Origin: Candidatus Muiribacterium halophilum
Lineage (GTDB): Bacteria > Muiribacteriota > Muiribacteriia > Muiribacteriales > Muiribacteriaceae
Length of the DNA stretch: 64,000 nt
Direction of reading: 5' to 3'
Assembly (NCBI GenBank): GCA_023228995.1
Contig: JALOAD010000010.1
Coordinates: forward strand, 11,688 to 75,687
Under the pieces are notes generated by a model. The model saw nothing but the letters and a program-made list of their open reading frames with translations. It was not told the origin of the DNA and made no database searches. The first letter of the stretch is position 1, and each line of letters opens with the position of its first letter. The translations under genes were made by a program, and so were the position numbers. Shown here one piece after another: positions 49,096 to 59,407 of the stretch.

Positions 49096-49247
49096 GAACA
49101 GTTAAACGTGAGATAGTGAAATAGTGAATCAAAATGTTCAGTGAACATTTTTTCGTGAAATGGGAAAAGCTTAAAATCCATTCATTGTTTGGTAATTAGC
49201 ATAAAAAATAAAAATTTAAATATTAAATGAGTTTTGGAGGAAAGGAA

Positions 49248-50198
49248 ATGAGATTAACAAAAAAGGGATTTTCTCTTGTCGAACTTATGATTGTTGTTGC
49301 AATTATAGGTATATTGGTTGCAGCATTGCTTCCACAATTGCAAGGAATGATATTAAATGCTAGGGTATCAAATGCAAAGCAGAGTTTAAAAGCTTTGTCT
49401 GATGCAATTGTCAGATTTAATGCAGTTGAACCAAGAGAATGTGAAAAACTTCAATGGCTTGTACCAAATTATATGCAGGAAATTAAAAGAGATCCTTGGG
49501 GTTCAATGTATTCACTTTCTCCCGAAGATGGAGTTATAATTTCTTTTGGACCTGATAAAAAACCTGGAGATTTAACAAATCCTAATTCTATTGAAAGAAG
49601 AGATAATATTGAATTTTATTATAAAGCAAAACTTGGTATTTCACAGGCAAAAGTATCTTTAGATATTGACGGTAATGGTAAACTTAATAATGGTGATAGA
49701 ATAACAATATTTTTTACAAGAGTAGCTGAAACTACAAGCGGATATGAAACTGCTGATTTTATTTTTTGTAACATTTTTGAAGAAGACTCTACCAATGAAC
49801 GTTGGTTATATGATAATGCACCAACTGGTGCTGGTGCAACACCTCCACTTATGTTTAATGATTTTAGTTATGTAACTAATCTCACTGTTCCAAATGGTGC
49901 ATTTAATCATACATCGGCATTTACTACACAAGGTTCATTTGGTTTTTTCCCTTTAGATAGTTCAGGCGTGGCAGGTTTAGGAAATGGATATACTTTATTG
50001 GGCGGTGCTAATATAAATCAAGACGATACTTATGTTACCTTTGAGATTTCAGCTGATCCAAACTGGGAATTAGATGCTGAACTTTTTGTAAGGTTTTCTC
50101 CTGGTTCTACAGCTCCTCAAGTAGGTAAATATAAAGATTCTAGGGGTAATACAGCTATTCAAAATGGTTATAATGTTAAAGTAGAAACTTATTTTTAA
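49248..50198 (+). CDS. Large (316 aa) prepilin-type N-terminal domain protein
   Basis: GGAGG RBS; leader MRLTKKG/FSLVELMIVVAIIGILVAA; ORF-track start at 49227 rejected. Confidence 0.75.
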   Translation: MRLTKKGFSLVELMIVVAIIGILVAALLPQLQGMILNARVSNAKQSLKALSDAIVRFNAVEPRECEKLQWLVPNYMQEIKRDPWGSMYSLSPEDGVIISFGPDKKPGDLTNPNSIERRDNIEFYYKAKLGISQAKVSLDIDGNGKLNNGDRITIFFTRVAETTSGYETADFIFCNIFEEDSTNERWLYDNAPTGAGATPPLMFNDFSYVTNLTVPNGAFNHTSAFTTQGSFGFFPLDSSGVAGLGNGYTLLGGANINQDDTYVTFEISADPNWELDAELFVRFSPGSTAPQVGKYKDSRGNTAIQNGYNVKVETYF

Positions 50199-50210
50199 TA
50201 GAAATTATAA

Positions 50211-50243
50211 AAAAAGCTGCCTTTATGGCAGCTTTTTTTTTTT
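50211..50243 (+). terminator. Rho-independent terminator
   Basis: AGCTGCC-TTTAT-GGCAGCT hairpin followed by an 11-T run. Confidence 0.8.
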
Positions 50244-50247
50244 AGAT

Positions 50248-50988
50248 TTGACCCTTAAGCTATGTTTTATGTATAATCGTTTGATGAAGACAAAGACAAA
50301 GTATAGATTTAATTTTAAAAAATTTGCATTAAATGTTTTTATATTAATTGTTTTTATAATAATATCTTTTTTTTTAAAATTACATATTTCTGATATAATT
50401 ACTCATAGAGAAAGTGAAAAATATAATATTGTAATTCTAAAAAGAGCGGTACAGAGTGCTGGAAATATTAATACTTATAAAATTGCACAGGATTTTTTAA
50501 ATAAATTTCCAAAGTCAGATTATAAAGGTTATGCATATTTTATAACTGGTAAATATTATTATGAAAAAGGTGATTATAAAAAAGCAATAGCTGATTTTCA
50601 AAAAGCTTCTGATAATTATCTTGAAGAGGAACTTAAAATAATATTATATCTTCATATTTCATATAATTATATGTGTATAAATGATATAGTATCATCAAGT
50701 GAATATGCTAATAAAGTATATGAACTTCTTGAAAAAGGTAAACTTAAATCGCTTGCAGCTTTTCAGCTTGGTCTTTGTTATAGTGCATTTAAACTTTTTG
50801 ATGAAGCTATATTAAAGTTTGAAGAAGTAAGTGAAAAATCCGAGGATGATGAGCTTATAAGGCAGGCTGAAGAAGAAAAACTTAAAATATTAAAAAAACT
50901 GGATTTGCAGAAAGCTGAAAAATTCGAAAAAATAATAATTAATAAATATAATCAGGACAATTATAATGAAAAAAAAATATCTCCTTGA
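50248..50988 (+). CDS. Membrane-anchored TPR protein
   Basis: N-terminal TM helix (LNVFILIVFIIISFFL); TPR-like repeats; start ambiguous (50248 or 50284). Confidence 0.6.
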   Translation: MTLKLCFMYNRLMKTKTKYRFNFKKFALNVFILIVFIIISFFLKLHISDIITHRESEKYNIVILKRAVQSAGNINTYKIAQDFLNKFPKSDYKGYAYFITGKYYYEKGDYKKAIADFQKASDNYLEEELKIILYLHISYNYMCINDIVSSSEYANKVYELLEKGKLKSLAAFQLGLCYSAFKLFDEAILKFEEVSEKSEDDELIRQAEEEKLKILKKLDLQKAEKFEKIIINKYNQDNYNEKKISP

Positions 50989-52300
50989 ATTAATTAACTA
51001 TCTTGAAGAATATGTTTATCATAATAATGAAATGGCAGAAGGATTTCTTACACTTGCTCATTTTTATTATTTATCTAAAGATAATGATAATTTTTTAAAG
51101 AATTTAGATATATTTTTAAAAAAATCTAAAGATAAAAATCTTTATGAACTTGAAAAACTTGCTTTTTTTGATGAATCTTTTGATATTGTATTAAGAGAAG
51201 AATTATATTATTTTCTTGAAAATTCATATTCAGCTTGCTCTTGGGATAATCGTTTTATTGAGAAAAGTCTTGATTTTATAGAAAGTGTTTCTAAAGATGT
51301 ATTTCTTAAACCTTATTTTTTATGTGAACTTTTAAAAAATTCATTTGAAAAATCTGATTATATTATAGCAGGTAATCTTCTCAAGAATATTCTTTCAAAT
51401 TATTCAAATTCTAAATGGGAAATTTTAGCTATGACTTTTTATGCTGATATTATGAAAAAAACTGGAACTCAAAAGCTTGATGATATTAAAGATAAAGATG
51501 AATTTTTAAATGATTTTAGAGAACATGTTCTTTATTTTGCTCAAAAATATCCGCAAGAAGAAAAAGCATGTGAATATCTTTTTTGTTTAGGAGAAATTCT
51601 TAAAACTAATAATGAATATGAAAAAGCTGTGAAACTTTATTCAAGAATATCAGATATATATAATGATGAAATTATTAAAGTAAAAGTTTTATTTGAACTT
51701 GGTAAAATATATCATAAACAAGGTAATTCTGATAAAACTATTGAAATTTATACTGAACTTTTTAATAATTTTGAGACTAAAAAAGAAATTATTGAAATAA
51801 AATTTGAGTCGGCAGGATTTTTGGCAAAACAGGGTTTTTATAAAAATGCTTTTCTTATATTTAGAGAAATTGCAGAAAAGTTTAAAAATACCCGTTGGGC
51901 TGAAAGTTCATCAAATAAAATACTTGAAATTGGTAAAAAACTTTTTGATAATAATAGATATGAAGATAGTGAGTATATGTTTGAACAAGTTATTAAATTA
52001 AAAAATAATCGAGATGATGTTTCTTGGGCTTTATATTATGTTGGCAGAATTAATGAATTTTACGCTAAAAACTCGTTTTCTTGTGATAAAAGAGAAAAAT
52101 CTAAATTAAAAGCTTTTGATATTTTTTCAAGAATTGCTCAAAATTATAATGATAATAAAGAGATTTTAGGTAAAATTGATCCGGTTTTTTTTGAAGAAAT
52201 ACCAAGAACAGAAAAACTTAAAAGTTTTGATTTTAATTATATAATATTAATTGTATCTATATTACTTCTTGCAGTAATTGTGTTTCTTAAAATCAGCTAA
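50966..52300 (+). CDS. TPR-repeat protein with a C-terminal TM anchor
   Basis: Multiple TPR-like repeats; C-terminal IILIVSILLLAVIVFL helix; 23-nt overlap with the upstream gene. Confidence 0.6.
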   Translation: MKKKYLLELINYLEEYVYHNNEMAEGFLTLAHFYYLSKDNDNFLKNLDIFLKKSKDKNLYELEKLAFFDESFDIVLREELYYFLENSYSACSWDNRFIEKSLDFIESVSKDVFLKPYFLCELLKNSFEKSDYIIAGNLLKNILSNYSNSKWEILAMTFYADIMKKTGTQKLDDIKDKDEFLNDFREHVLYFAQKYPQEEKACEYLFCLGEILKTNNEYEKAVKLYSRISDIYNDEIIKVKVLFELGKIYHKQGNSDKTIEIYTELFNNFETKKEIIEIKFESAGFLAKQGFYKNAFLIFREIAEKFKNTRWAESSSNKILEIGKKLFDNNRYEDSEYMFEQVIKLKNNRDDVSWALYYVGRINEFYAKNSFSCDKREKSKLKAFDIFSRIAQNYNDNKEILGKIDPVFFEEIPRTEKLKSFDFNYIILIVSILLLAVIVFLKIS

Positions 52301-52310
52301 GGAGTTTATT

Positions 52311-52817
52311 ATGAAAAAAGGATTTTCAGTTGTAGAAGTACTTATTGCTATGGGTTTTTTTCTTGCATTAGTTATTCCTTATATTGCAATGTTTATAACT
52401 TCTGCTAAAGATGTTAGAAGAATTGGTAATATGAATGTTGCTATTCTTTTTGCTCAGGAAGCTATTGAAGCATGTAAAGGTTATCCTTATGAACTTTTAG
52501 ATTCTGATGATGCAGGTTCTCATGATAAAGCACTTTTTCTTGAAGAAGCATTTAAATCAGGTGAAAGAAAAAGCGTTATAATTGGCGAAAGAGACGAGGA
52601 TGAAGATGATTTGCAACATGATTTTTATTGGCATAAAGCTACAGTTAATGGTATTGAATATACTAGAGATGTTGATATTGCAAAAGTTGATACAAAAGCT
52701 GATAAAAATGGTGATCCTATAAATCTTAAACTCAAACTTATAAAAGTAAATGTAAGTTGGGAAATGGATAAGAGAACTCTAGTTTATACTGCTTCAGCAG
52801 TTGTGAGAGGTAAATGA
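52311..52817 (+). CDS. Prepilin-type N-terminal cleavage/methylation domain protein
   Basis: AAGGAG RBS; MKKG/FSVVEVLIAMGFFLALV. Confidence 0.75.
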   Translation: MKKGFSVVEVLIAMGFFLALVIPYIAMFITSAKDVRRIGNMNVAILFAQEAIEACKGYPYELLDSDDAGSHDKALFLEEAFKSGERKSVIIGERDEDEDDLQHDFYWHKATVNGIEYTRDVDIAKVDTKADKNGDPINLKLKLIKVNVSWEMDKRTLVYTASAVVRGK

Positions 52818-53524
52818 TGAATAAAAAAGCTTTCACTTTAATTGAAGTTACGGTTGCAATTGCTGTATTTGCTATGCTTTCTGTTTTAATATCAAATATT
52901 TTTTTTTCAGGCTCAAGAGCTTATAGAAAAGAAATTAGAAACTTTACTATTCTTGATAGAGGAAGATTTCTGTTTATAAAAATTAGAAATGATATTAGAA
53001 ATGCTAATTCAATATTATATCCTGATGATAATGGTAAAGAATCTGAAAAACTTGTACTTTTAAAACATAAATTTGACTTTAATAAAAAACCGGAAGATAC
53101 TCCTGGTTTTAATGAAGCTTCGATTTATTTTGATAATATAAAAATTGAATATTCACTTGAAGAACATACAGATAAAGATGAAAAAGATCTTTATAGAGAT
53201 CTAAAAAAACTTATTAGAAAAGAATATACTGCTAAAATTAGTGGAGATAATGTTATATATAATCTTGAGTCAGAAGATATTATAAGTCATAATATTGAAA
53301 AATTGATTTTTTTAAGAAAAAAGCTTGTTGCAAAAATTCCAGGTGATAAAATTGAACCTGAAGAGGGTGGCATTGCACCTGAAAATGTTAAAATAGAAGT
53401 TTTATTTAAAAGTTATAGAGATGAAGATTATAGTCTTTCTTTAGATCAGATAAAAAAATATTATTCAGTGAGATTTTCTACATATATTAATTCCAGAGGA
53501 AATTTTTTAGGAGGTAGTATATGA
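52814..53524 (+). CDS. Prepilin-type N-terminal domain protein (minor pilin-like)
   Basis: MMNKKA/FTLIEVTVAIAVFAMLSVL. Confidence 0.7.
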   Translation: MMNKKAFTLIEVTVAIAVFAMLSVLISNIFFSGSRAYRKEIRNFTILDRGRFLFIKIRNDIRNANSILYPDDNGKESEKLVLLKHKFDFNKKPEDTPGFNEASIYFDNIKIEYSLEEHTDKDEKDLYRDLKKLIRKEYTAKISGDNVIYNLESEDIISHNIEKLIFLRKKLVAKIPGDKIEPEEGGIAPENVKIEVLFKSYRDEDYSLSLDQIKKYYSVRFSTYINSRGNFLGGSI

Positions 53525-56256
53525 GAAATTTTAAAAAAGGTTTTGCTTATTTTGCAGCTATTCTTTTTGGTCTTCTTATAATACAGTTTTCTTATTGTGT
53601 GAAAATATATAAAGAGCAGAGTGCTCATCTTGTGGATTATGAATCTGAGAGTTATATAGCTTATATGGTTGCTGAATCAGGTTTAAATTGTGCAATTGCT
53701 GAACTTGAAGCTAATTTTGAATGGAGAACTGATTCATGTGAAATAGATTCAACAACTGGTGATATTATTTTTAAATCACTAGGAAAAACTCCTGAGTTTA
53801 TTGTTACTGGTAATTCTAGTGAAAAATTTACTGTTTCTTTTGATAAAAATTGTTATACAGGAAAAATGTCTATTTTTGATGATGGTGATGCTTTATTCAA
53901 AGTTAGGGCTGGAATTATAAAGTCAAAGGATAATTCTCTAACATCTATTGATGAAAGCAGTATTTTTTATGCAATAAGGTCATTAGGAAAATTCGGTGAA
54001 GAATATAAACAAATAGAAGCTATAGTTGAAATTTCTTATGTAAATCGATTTATTTTATTTGACGGTGATTCTGCTGTTGTTTGTTATGGAGGTAGTGGAA
54101 GATCTTCTGAAGATACAATACTTGCAAAAGGTGATATATATTCTAAAAACCATCTTATGATTGGTACAACACAAGGGTCTGGCCTTGGAATTAATCTTTT
54201 GGCTAATCCTCATATATTGACTGGGAAAGATGGTTATATTAGCTTTCCTCAATTATCATCTGAACAAAATAATATTCATATAACTACAAAAAGCGGTTCA
54301 AATTATGTAACTAAAAAACTCGGTGAGCTTACGCATAAAGAAACTGGTGATACAGGATATAAAGCTAGTTCTACAAGGGTAAGAGAAGTTTTGTATGGTG
54401 ATAGAGATGATGATTCTAATAAGAAAAAAGTTTCAATATATACTCATAACGGTCTTTTTAAGGATAAAAATACTGGAGGAAAAGATCTTGATATATCTTA
54501 TGAAAGTACAAAGAGTCTTTATAAAAAGCTAGCCGATGGCTCACTTTCTTCAACTCATGGTAGAGGTGTTTATCTTGGAAGAAATGATACAAAAATACAT
54601 AGAGAATATTATGTAAATAACAAATATAGTGGTTTTGCTTCTGTAGATGGTGGTAAAATACCAGGTTCTCTTGAAGTTATGATAATTGATTTTGGAGATA
54701 TGTTAACTACAGGAACTGGTGATGATTTTGGAACTTCTAAAGATTGGAAAATACCTGGTTCAAAACCGTCTGACTATAATGGAGTTATTTATGCTGAAGT
54801 TCCTCTCGTAATATTTGGAAATCCTGATAGAGATACTATTATTTACTCAGAGTATGATATTTATGTAGCAGGAGATTTTAATCAAAGACAAAAACAAGAT
54901 GGTTCTTTTGAGCCGGTTAGACAAAATTATAATACAGCTGTAGATGATGAATTTGGATGGAATTTGTTTTATGATGATTATCTTAAATATAGAGATGAAA
55001 ATTCCATATATAGGCAAACCCATGATGATACAGGAGCTTATTGGAATAATGTTGATCTTATTTCAGAAACAAGAATATTTTATGATCTTACTGATCCTAA
55101 AAAAGCTTTTAAAAATGAACTTATACCATTTTTAGTATATGAAATATATGAAAGATTATTTTTTCCAGTTGATATTGATTTAGATGAAGTTTCACTTGAA
55201 AATACAAAACCTGAAGCAATTAACATAGATGGTGGTAATAATATATGTGAAGAAGCTAGAAAGTTTTCTGTTATGTATAGTGTTGAAACTGCATATAGTG
55301 AATTAAACAGTACAAAAAACATTTCATTTCCGACAAAAAAAAGTGTTATTGGTAGAATATATGAGGAAGGAATTCCTTCTGTAAAAAACAATCCTTTTAT
55401 TAACAATCTTAATAATTCAACATTATATGATTATTTTCAGAATGTTCTATATTTTTCAGCAGGTTCTACTGAAATATTTGTTGATGAAATATTAGATTCT
55501 ATTTTTTCTGACGGGAAATTACAAAGAGATGAGATATTTGATATTGTTGAAAATAAAATATGGCCATCTATTGGTAATAAAGCTTTTGTTTATGTTATAA
55601 AATCAGGTGGTGGAAAAAAACTCGGTCTTGCTGCAAGACTTTATGAAAAGACTGGTATAAAGACTCTTGATGGTAATAAAGGGATTTTTCATCAAAGCAT
55701 TAATGCTTCTATGAAGGAAGATATGCTTTATATACCTGAAATGACTGTTAATGCAAAGAGAATATCAATGGGAGTTCTAGTTCCTTATATTCCATCGGGA
55801 AATCCTCCTGATAATCAGATTGCAGGAAAAACAAATATGTGGGATTGTGATTCAAAAGCAATTATTGATATGGACAATGCAACTGATTTTGCAAAATTAG
55901 ATCAAATTAGAAATATAAAAACAATTAGAGAAGTTATTGGTAATAATAACAATCAGCATTCAGCTACAAATAATGATGATGGTATGGAAGATAGTGAAGC
56001 TGATATAGAGATTTTGGATAATTATTATAGATATATTTCTACAGATACTTTTTATCTTAGAACATTTGGTAGTGAGGTTTATTTAAGAAATATGAGTGAT
56101 ATAAGTAGACTTCCTTATATTGGCGGAGGATATGGTCCTCATATTAGAAAAAAAGTGTTTGATCCAGAAAACAGAACAAGATATGAATTAAGAAGTTATA
56201 ATCTTGTTAATATTGAATATTATAATATAAAAGAAAAAGATTTTAAGGATTTTTAG
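53521..56256 (+). CDS. Large (911 aa) GspK-like or tip-adhesin-like pseudopilin-associated protein
   Basis: Prepilin-like N-terminus MRNFKKG/FAYFAAILFGLLII that lacks Glu5, as in GspK-type minor pseudopilins; long extracellular region; coupled to the upstream pilin gene. Confidence 0.5.
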   Translation: MRNFKKGFAYFAAILFGLLIIQFSYCVKIYKEQSAHLVDYESESYIAYMVAESGLNCAIAELEANFEWRTDSCEIDSTTGDIIFKSLGKTPEFIVTGNSSEKFTVSFDKNCYTGKMSIFDDGDALFKVRAGIIKSKDNSLTSIDESSIFYAIRSLGKFGEEYKQIEAIVEISYVNRFILFDGDSAVVCYGGSGRSSEDTILAKGDIYSKNHLMIGTTQGSGLGINLLANPHILTGKDGYISFPQLSSEQNNIHITTKSGSNYVTKKLGELTHKETGDTGYKASSTRVREVLYGDRDDDSNKKKVSIYTHNGLFKDKNTGGKDLDISYESTKSLYKKLADGSLSSTHGRGVYLGRNDTKIHREYYVNNKYSGFASVDGGKIPGSLEVMIIDFGDMLTTGTGDDFGTSKDWKIPGSKPSDYNGVIYAEVPLVIFGNPDRDTIIYSEYDIYVAGDFNQRQKQDGSFEPVRQNYNTAVDDEFGWNLFYDDYLKYRDENSIYRQTHDDTGAYWNNVDLISETRIFYDLTDPKKAFKNELIPFLVYEIYERLFFPVDIDLDEVSLENTKPEAINIDGGNNICEEARKFSVMYSVETAYSELNSTKNISFPTKKSVIGRIYEEGIPSVKNNPFINNLNNSTLYDYFQNVLYFSAGSTEIFVDEILDSIFSDGKLQRDEIFDIVENKIWPSIGNKAFVYVIKSGGGKKLGLAARLYEKTGIKTLDGNKGIFHQSINASMKEDMLYIPEMTVNAKRISMGVLVPYIPSGNPPDNQIAGKTNMWDCDSKAIIDMDNATDFAKLDQIRNIKTIREVIGNNNNQHSATNNDDGMEDSEADIEILDNYYRYISTDTFYLRTFGSEVYLRNMSDISRLPYIGGGYGPHIRKKVFDPENRTRYELRSYNLVNIEYYNIKEKDFKDF

Positions 56257-56271
56257 ATTTTGGGAGGAATT

Positions 56272-58575
56272 TTGAAAAAGGCTATACTTGTACCATTAAA
56301 AGAAATGGTTATATTTCCAGATATAATAATGCCACTTTATATAGGAAGAGAATTTTCTTTAAATGCATTAAAAGAAGTTATGAAAAGTAAAAACAGGGAT
56401 TTTGCAGTATGTTGTCAAAAAGAAACAGCAAATGATGATAATATTGAAAAAACTCTATTTAACACAGGTGTATTGGTTACACTTCTTCAATTTGTAAAAT
56501 TACCTGATGATTCATATAAAATTCTTGTAGAAGGTAAAAAAAGAATTTCTATAAAAAATATTGAAATGAAAAAAGATAATTTTATCGAATGCTCATATTT
56601 AGAAATAAAACCAGGTAAACTTAATGAAAAAATAATTGTTATTATGAATTACACAAGGGAACTTTTTGTTGAGTATTCAAAATATGAAAAAAAAATTCCT
56701 CAAGAACTTGTAAAAGCAATAATGTCTAATAATGAACCTGAAAAATTATGTAATCTTATAGGATCTCATATATTAATAGATTCTTATTCAAAACAAAGTA
56801 TATTAGAGGAGAAAAGTCTTTATAAAAGATATGAAAAAGAAGCTTATTATCTGCAAAGTGAGATTGAAGTTTTAAAGATTGAATATAAAATCGATAAAGA
56901 TGTAAAAAAAAGATTAAGCAAGCAACAAAAAGAATATTTTCTTAGAGAACAGATTAAAATTATACAAGAAGAACTTGGTTTAGGTAATAAATCTGAAATT
57001 CAAAATATAGAAGAAAAGCTAAAAAAAGGTAATTATCCTCTAAATGTTATTGAAAAATTAGAAGAAGAAATAAGCAAATTACAAAGATCAGGACCTTATA
57101 ATCATGATTATAGTCAGATTTTGAATTATATAGAATGGCTTCTTGAACTTCCTTGGGAAAAAATGTCAGAAGATGAGAATGATATTTTTAAATGTGAAGA
57201 AATCCTTGATAAAAGTCATTATGGTATGAAAAAAATAAAAGAAAGAATAATTGAATTTATCGCAGTAAAAAGACTTTCAGAAAATTCAAAAACTCCTATT
57301 CTGTGTCTTTCAGGACCACCAGGTGTTGGTAAAACATCTTTAGGAAAAGCAATAGCTGAATCTTTAAATAGAGAGTTTGTGCATTATTCATTAGGTGGTG
57401 TAAATGATGAAGCAGAGATTAGAGGACATAGACAAACTTATATTGGTGCAATGCCTGGTAGGATTATTTCACTTATAAAAGAAGCGAAAGTAAAAAATCC
57501 TGTTTTTATGCTTGATGAAATAGATAAAATAGACTCATCATTTAAAGGAGATCCAGCAAGTGCTTTGCTTGAAATATTAGATCCAGATCACAATAAAGAA
57601 TTTTCTGATAATTATATAAATATACCTTTTGATCTTTCAAAAGTATTTTTTATAACAACAGCAAATTATGTTTATGATATACCTCAACCTTTATTTGATA
57701 GAATGGAGATAATTAATATAACAGGATATACTTTAAGTGAAAAAATAGAATTAGCAAGTCAGTTTTTAATTCCAAAACTACTTAAAGAACATGGACTTAC
57801 AAAAAAAAATATTTTAATATCAAAAAGTGTTTTAAAAATAATAATTGAAAATTATACAATGGAAGCTGGAGTTAGAAAATTATCTCAAACATTATCAAAA
57901 ATAATGAGAAAAGCTGCATTAATGATACTTAAAGAAAAAGATAGAGATTATAGTTTTAAAATTGATAAAAACACAATAAATGATATTTTAGGACCAGCAG
58001 AATTTTGTGAAAGCCAAAAAAATAAAAAAAATGAAAAAGGAATTGCAAATGGTCTTGCCTGGACAGCATTTGGAGGAGATATATTGACAATTGAGGTATT
58101 GCTTATAGAGGGTGAAGGAAGACTTATACTTACAGGTTCTCTTGGAGAAGTTATGAAAGAATCTGCTCAAACTGCTTTTACTTATATAAAATCGATTTAT
58201 AGAAAAGCTAATATAAAAAAAGAAAGTTTTAGAAAATATGATGTACATATACATGTTCCTGAAGGAGCAACACCAAAAGATGGACCATCTGCTGGCATAA
58301 CAATTATGAGTGCTATGGTTTCTGCGTTTTCAGGTAAAAAATTCAATAAAGATTATGCAATGACAGGAGAAATTACTTTAAGAGGAAATGTTCTACCTAT
58401 AGGCGGGCTTAAAGAAAAAGCTCTTGCAGCATATATGCATGGTATAAAAAATATAATTATTCCAGAAGAAAATATTAAAGATCTTATTGAAATACCTGAA
58501 GAAGTTAAAAATAAAATTAAATTTATTCCTGTAAAAAATGCATTGGAAGTATTAAAAGAGGTATTAATTAAATGA
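56272..58575 (+). CDS. lon: ATP-dependent Lon protease
   Basis: Lon N-domain (ILVPLKEMVIFPD), AAA+ Walker A GPPGVGKTS, protease-domain Ser motif PKDGPSAGIT; TTG start 4 nt after GGGAGG. Confidence 0.93.
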   Translation: MKKAILVPLKEMVIFPDIIMPLYIGREFSLNALKEVMKSKNRDFAVCCQKETANDDNIEKTLFNTGVLVTLLQFVKLPDDSYKILVEGKKRISIKNIEMKKDNFIECSYLEIKPGKLNEKIIVIMNYTRELFVEYSKYEKKIPQELVKAIMSNNEPEKLCNLIGSHILIDSYSKQSILEEKSLYKRYEKEAYYLQSEIEVLKIEYKIDKDVKKRLSKQQKEYFLREQIKIIQEELGLGNKSEIQNIEEKLKKGNYPLNVIEKLEEEISKLQRSGPYNHDYSQILNYIEWLLELPWEKMSEDENDIFKCEEILDKSHYGMKKIKERIIEFIAVKRLSENSKTPILCLSGPPGVGKTSLGKAIAESLNREFVHYSLGGVNDEAEIRGHRQTYIGAMPGRIISLIKEAKVKNPVFMLDEIDKIDSSFKGDPASALLEILDPDHNKEFSDNYINIPFDLSKVFFITTANYVYDIPQPLFDRMEIINITGYTLSEKIELASQFLIPKLLKEHGLTKKNILISKSVLKIIIENYTMEAGVRKLSQTLSKIMRKAALMILKEKDRDYSFKIDKNTINDILGPAEFCESQKNKKNEKGIANGLAWTAFGGDILTIEVLLIEGEGRLILTGSLGEVMKESAQTAFTYIKSIYRKANIKKESFRKYDVHIHVPEGATPKDGPSAGITIMSAMVSAFSGKKFNKDYAMTGEITLRGNVLPIGGLKEKALAAYMHGIKNIIIPEENIKDLIEIPEEVKNKIKFIPVKNALEVLKEVLIK

Positions 58576-59132
58576 AAATAAAAGATTTGGAATTTATACA
58601 ACAGGCTAAATATAAAAGAACAGATGATTTACCTGAATATGCTTTTGTAGGAAGATCAAATGCTGGAAAATCCAGCATAATAAATGAAATATTAAATTGG
58701 AAAATAAATAGAGTTAGCAAAAGACCTGGTTGTACAAGACTTATCAATAAAATTAAAATAAATGATAGTTTTTATATTGTAGATCTTCCAGGTTATGGAT
58801 TTGCTAAAGTTGCTTTATCAGCTAAAAAAAAGTTTTCGAAATTAACTGAAAATTATATAAAAGATTCAGATAATTTAAGGCTTGTATTTATTATAATGGA
58901 TATGAAAGTTGCTCCAACTGAGCTTGATATAGTAATGATTCAATGGTTAAAAGATCTTGGACGGAATTTTGTTTTAGTTTTTAATAAAAGTGACAAAATA
59001 CCTAAAAACAAATTGCAATCAAGAAAAAATGAGATATGGAAAATACTAGGTTTTAAATATCCTGAAATAACAGTATCAGTATTGAAAAATGAAAATCTAA
59101 GAAAAATAGAAGATTATTTTTTTAAAAAATAG
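58572..59132 (+). CDS. engB: GTP-binding protein EngB/YihA
   Basis: FVGRSNAGKSSIIN G1 motif, DLPGYG, NKSDK; overlaps the lon stop. Confidence 0.88.
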   Translation: MKIKDLEFIQQAKYKRTDDLPEYAFVGRSNAGKSSIINEILNWKINRVSKRPGCTRLINKIKINDSFYIVDLPGYGFAKVALSAKKKFSKLTENYIKDSDNLRLVFIIMDMKVAPTELDIVMIQWLKDLGRNFVLVFNKSDKIPKNKLQSRKNEIWKILGFKYPEITVSVLKNENLRKIEDYFFKK

Positions 59133-59275
59133 AGTAGTGAAATGGTGAAGTGGGTATAACTTGGAAAAACCGGGACTTCGAATTTTAATTATTCATTTTT
59201 AATTCTTAATTCTTAATTTTTAATTGTTCATCTTTAACTTTAGTTAAAGGGAATCTGGTTACTGGTCATTAGAAT

Positions 59276-59304
59276 TTGAATTATTAAAAACACTCTGTTA
59301 TTAT
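59276..59304 (+). promoter_or_regulatory. Sigma70-like promoter of the rpsB-tsf operon (TTGAAT-N17-TATTAT)
   Basis: Hexamers at 59276-59281 and 59299-59304 with a 17-nt spacer, about 100 nt upstream of the rpsB ATG. Confidence 0.45.
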
Positions 59305-59321
59305 TACGCATACAAAACACA

Positions 59322-59385
59322 CCTGTGTTCATTAAAACAGATGGTTGCCGGAAAATCGGTTTATCTGTATTGAAACACAGGGAGG
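59322..59385 (+). promoter_or_regulatory. Structured rpsB 5' leader (nested hairpin occluding the Shine-Dalgarno)
   Basis: CCTGTGTT (59322-59329) pairs with AACACAGG (59374-59381); inner AACAGAT/ATCTGT stem; SD GGGAGG at 59380-59385 lies partly in the stem. Confidence 0.4.
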
Positions 59386-59407
59386 AATTAAACCAAACGG
59401 AGGTAAC

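Noticed and set aside
49096-49226. Palindrome ATGTTCA-G-TGAACAT followed by TTTTTT, considered as a terminator for the vWA gene
   Set aside because: The stem would close a 1-nt loop, and the usable hairpin is only 4-5 bp. It is more likely a protein-binding dyad or chance, so it is not listed as a feature.
59345-59407. TTG start at 59345 for rpsB
   Set aside because: The S2 homology begins at [19 protein letters not shown] (ATG 59408), preceded by an SD. The extension would translate the structured leader.
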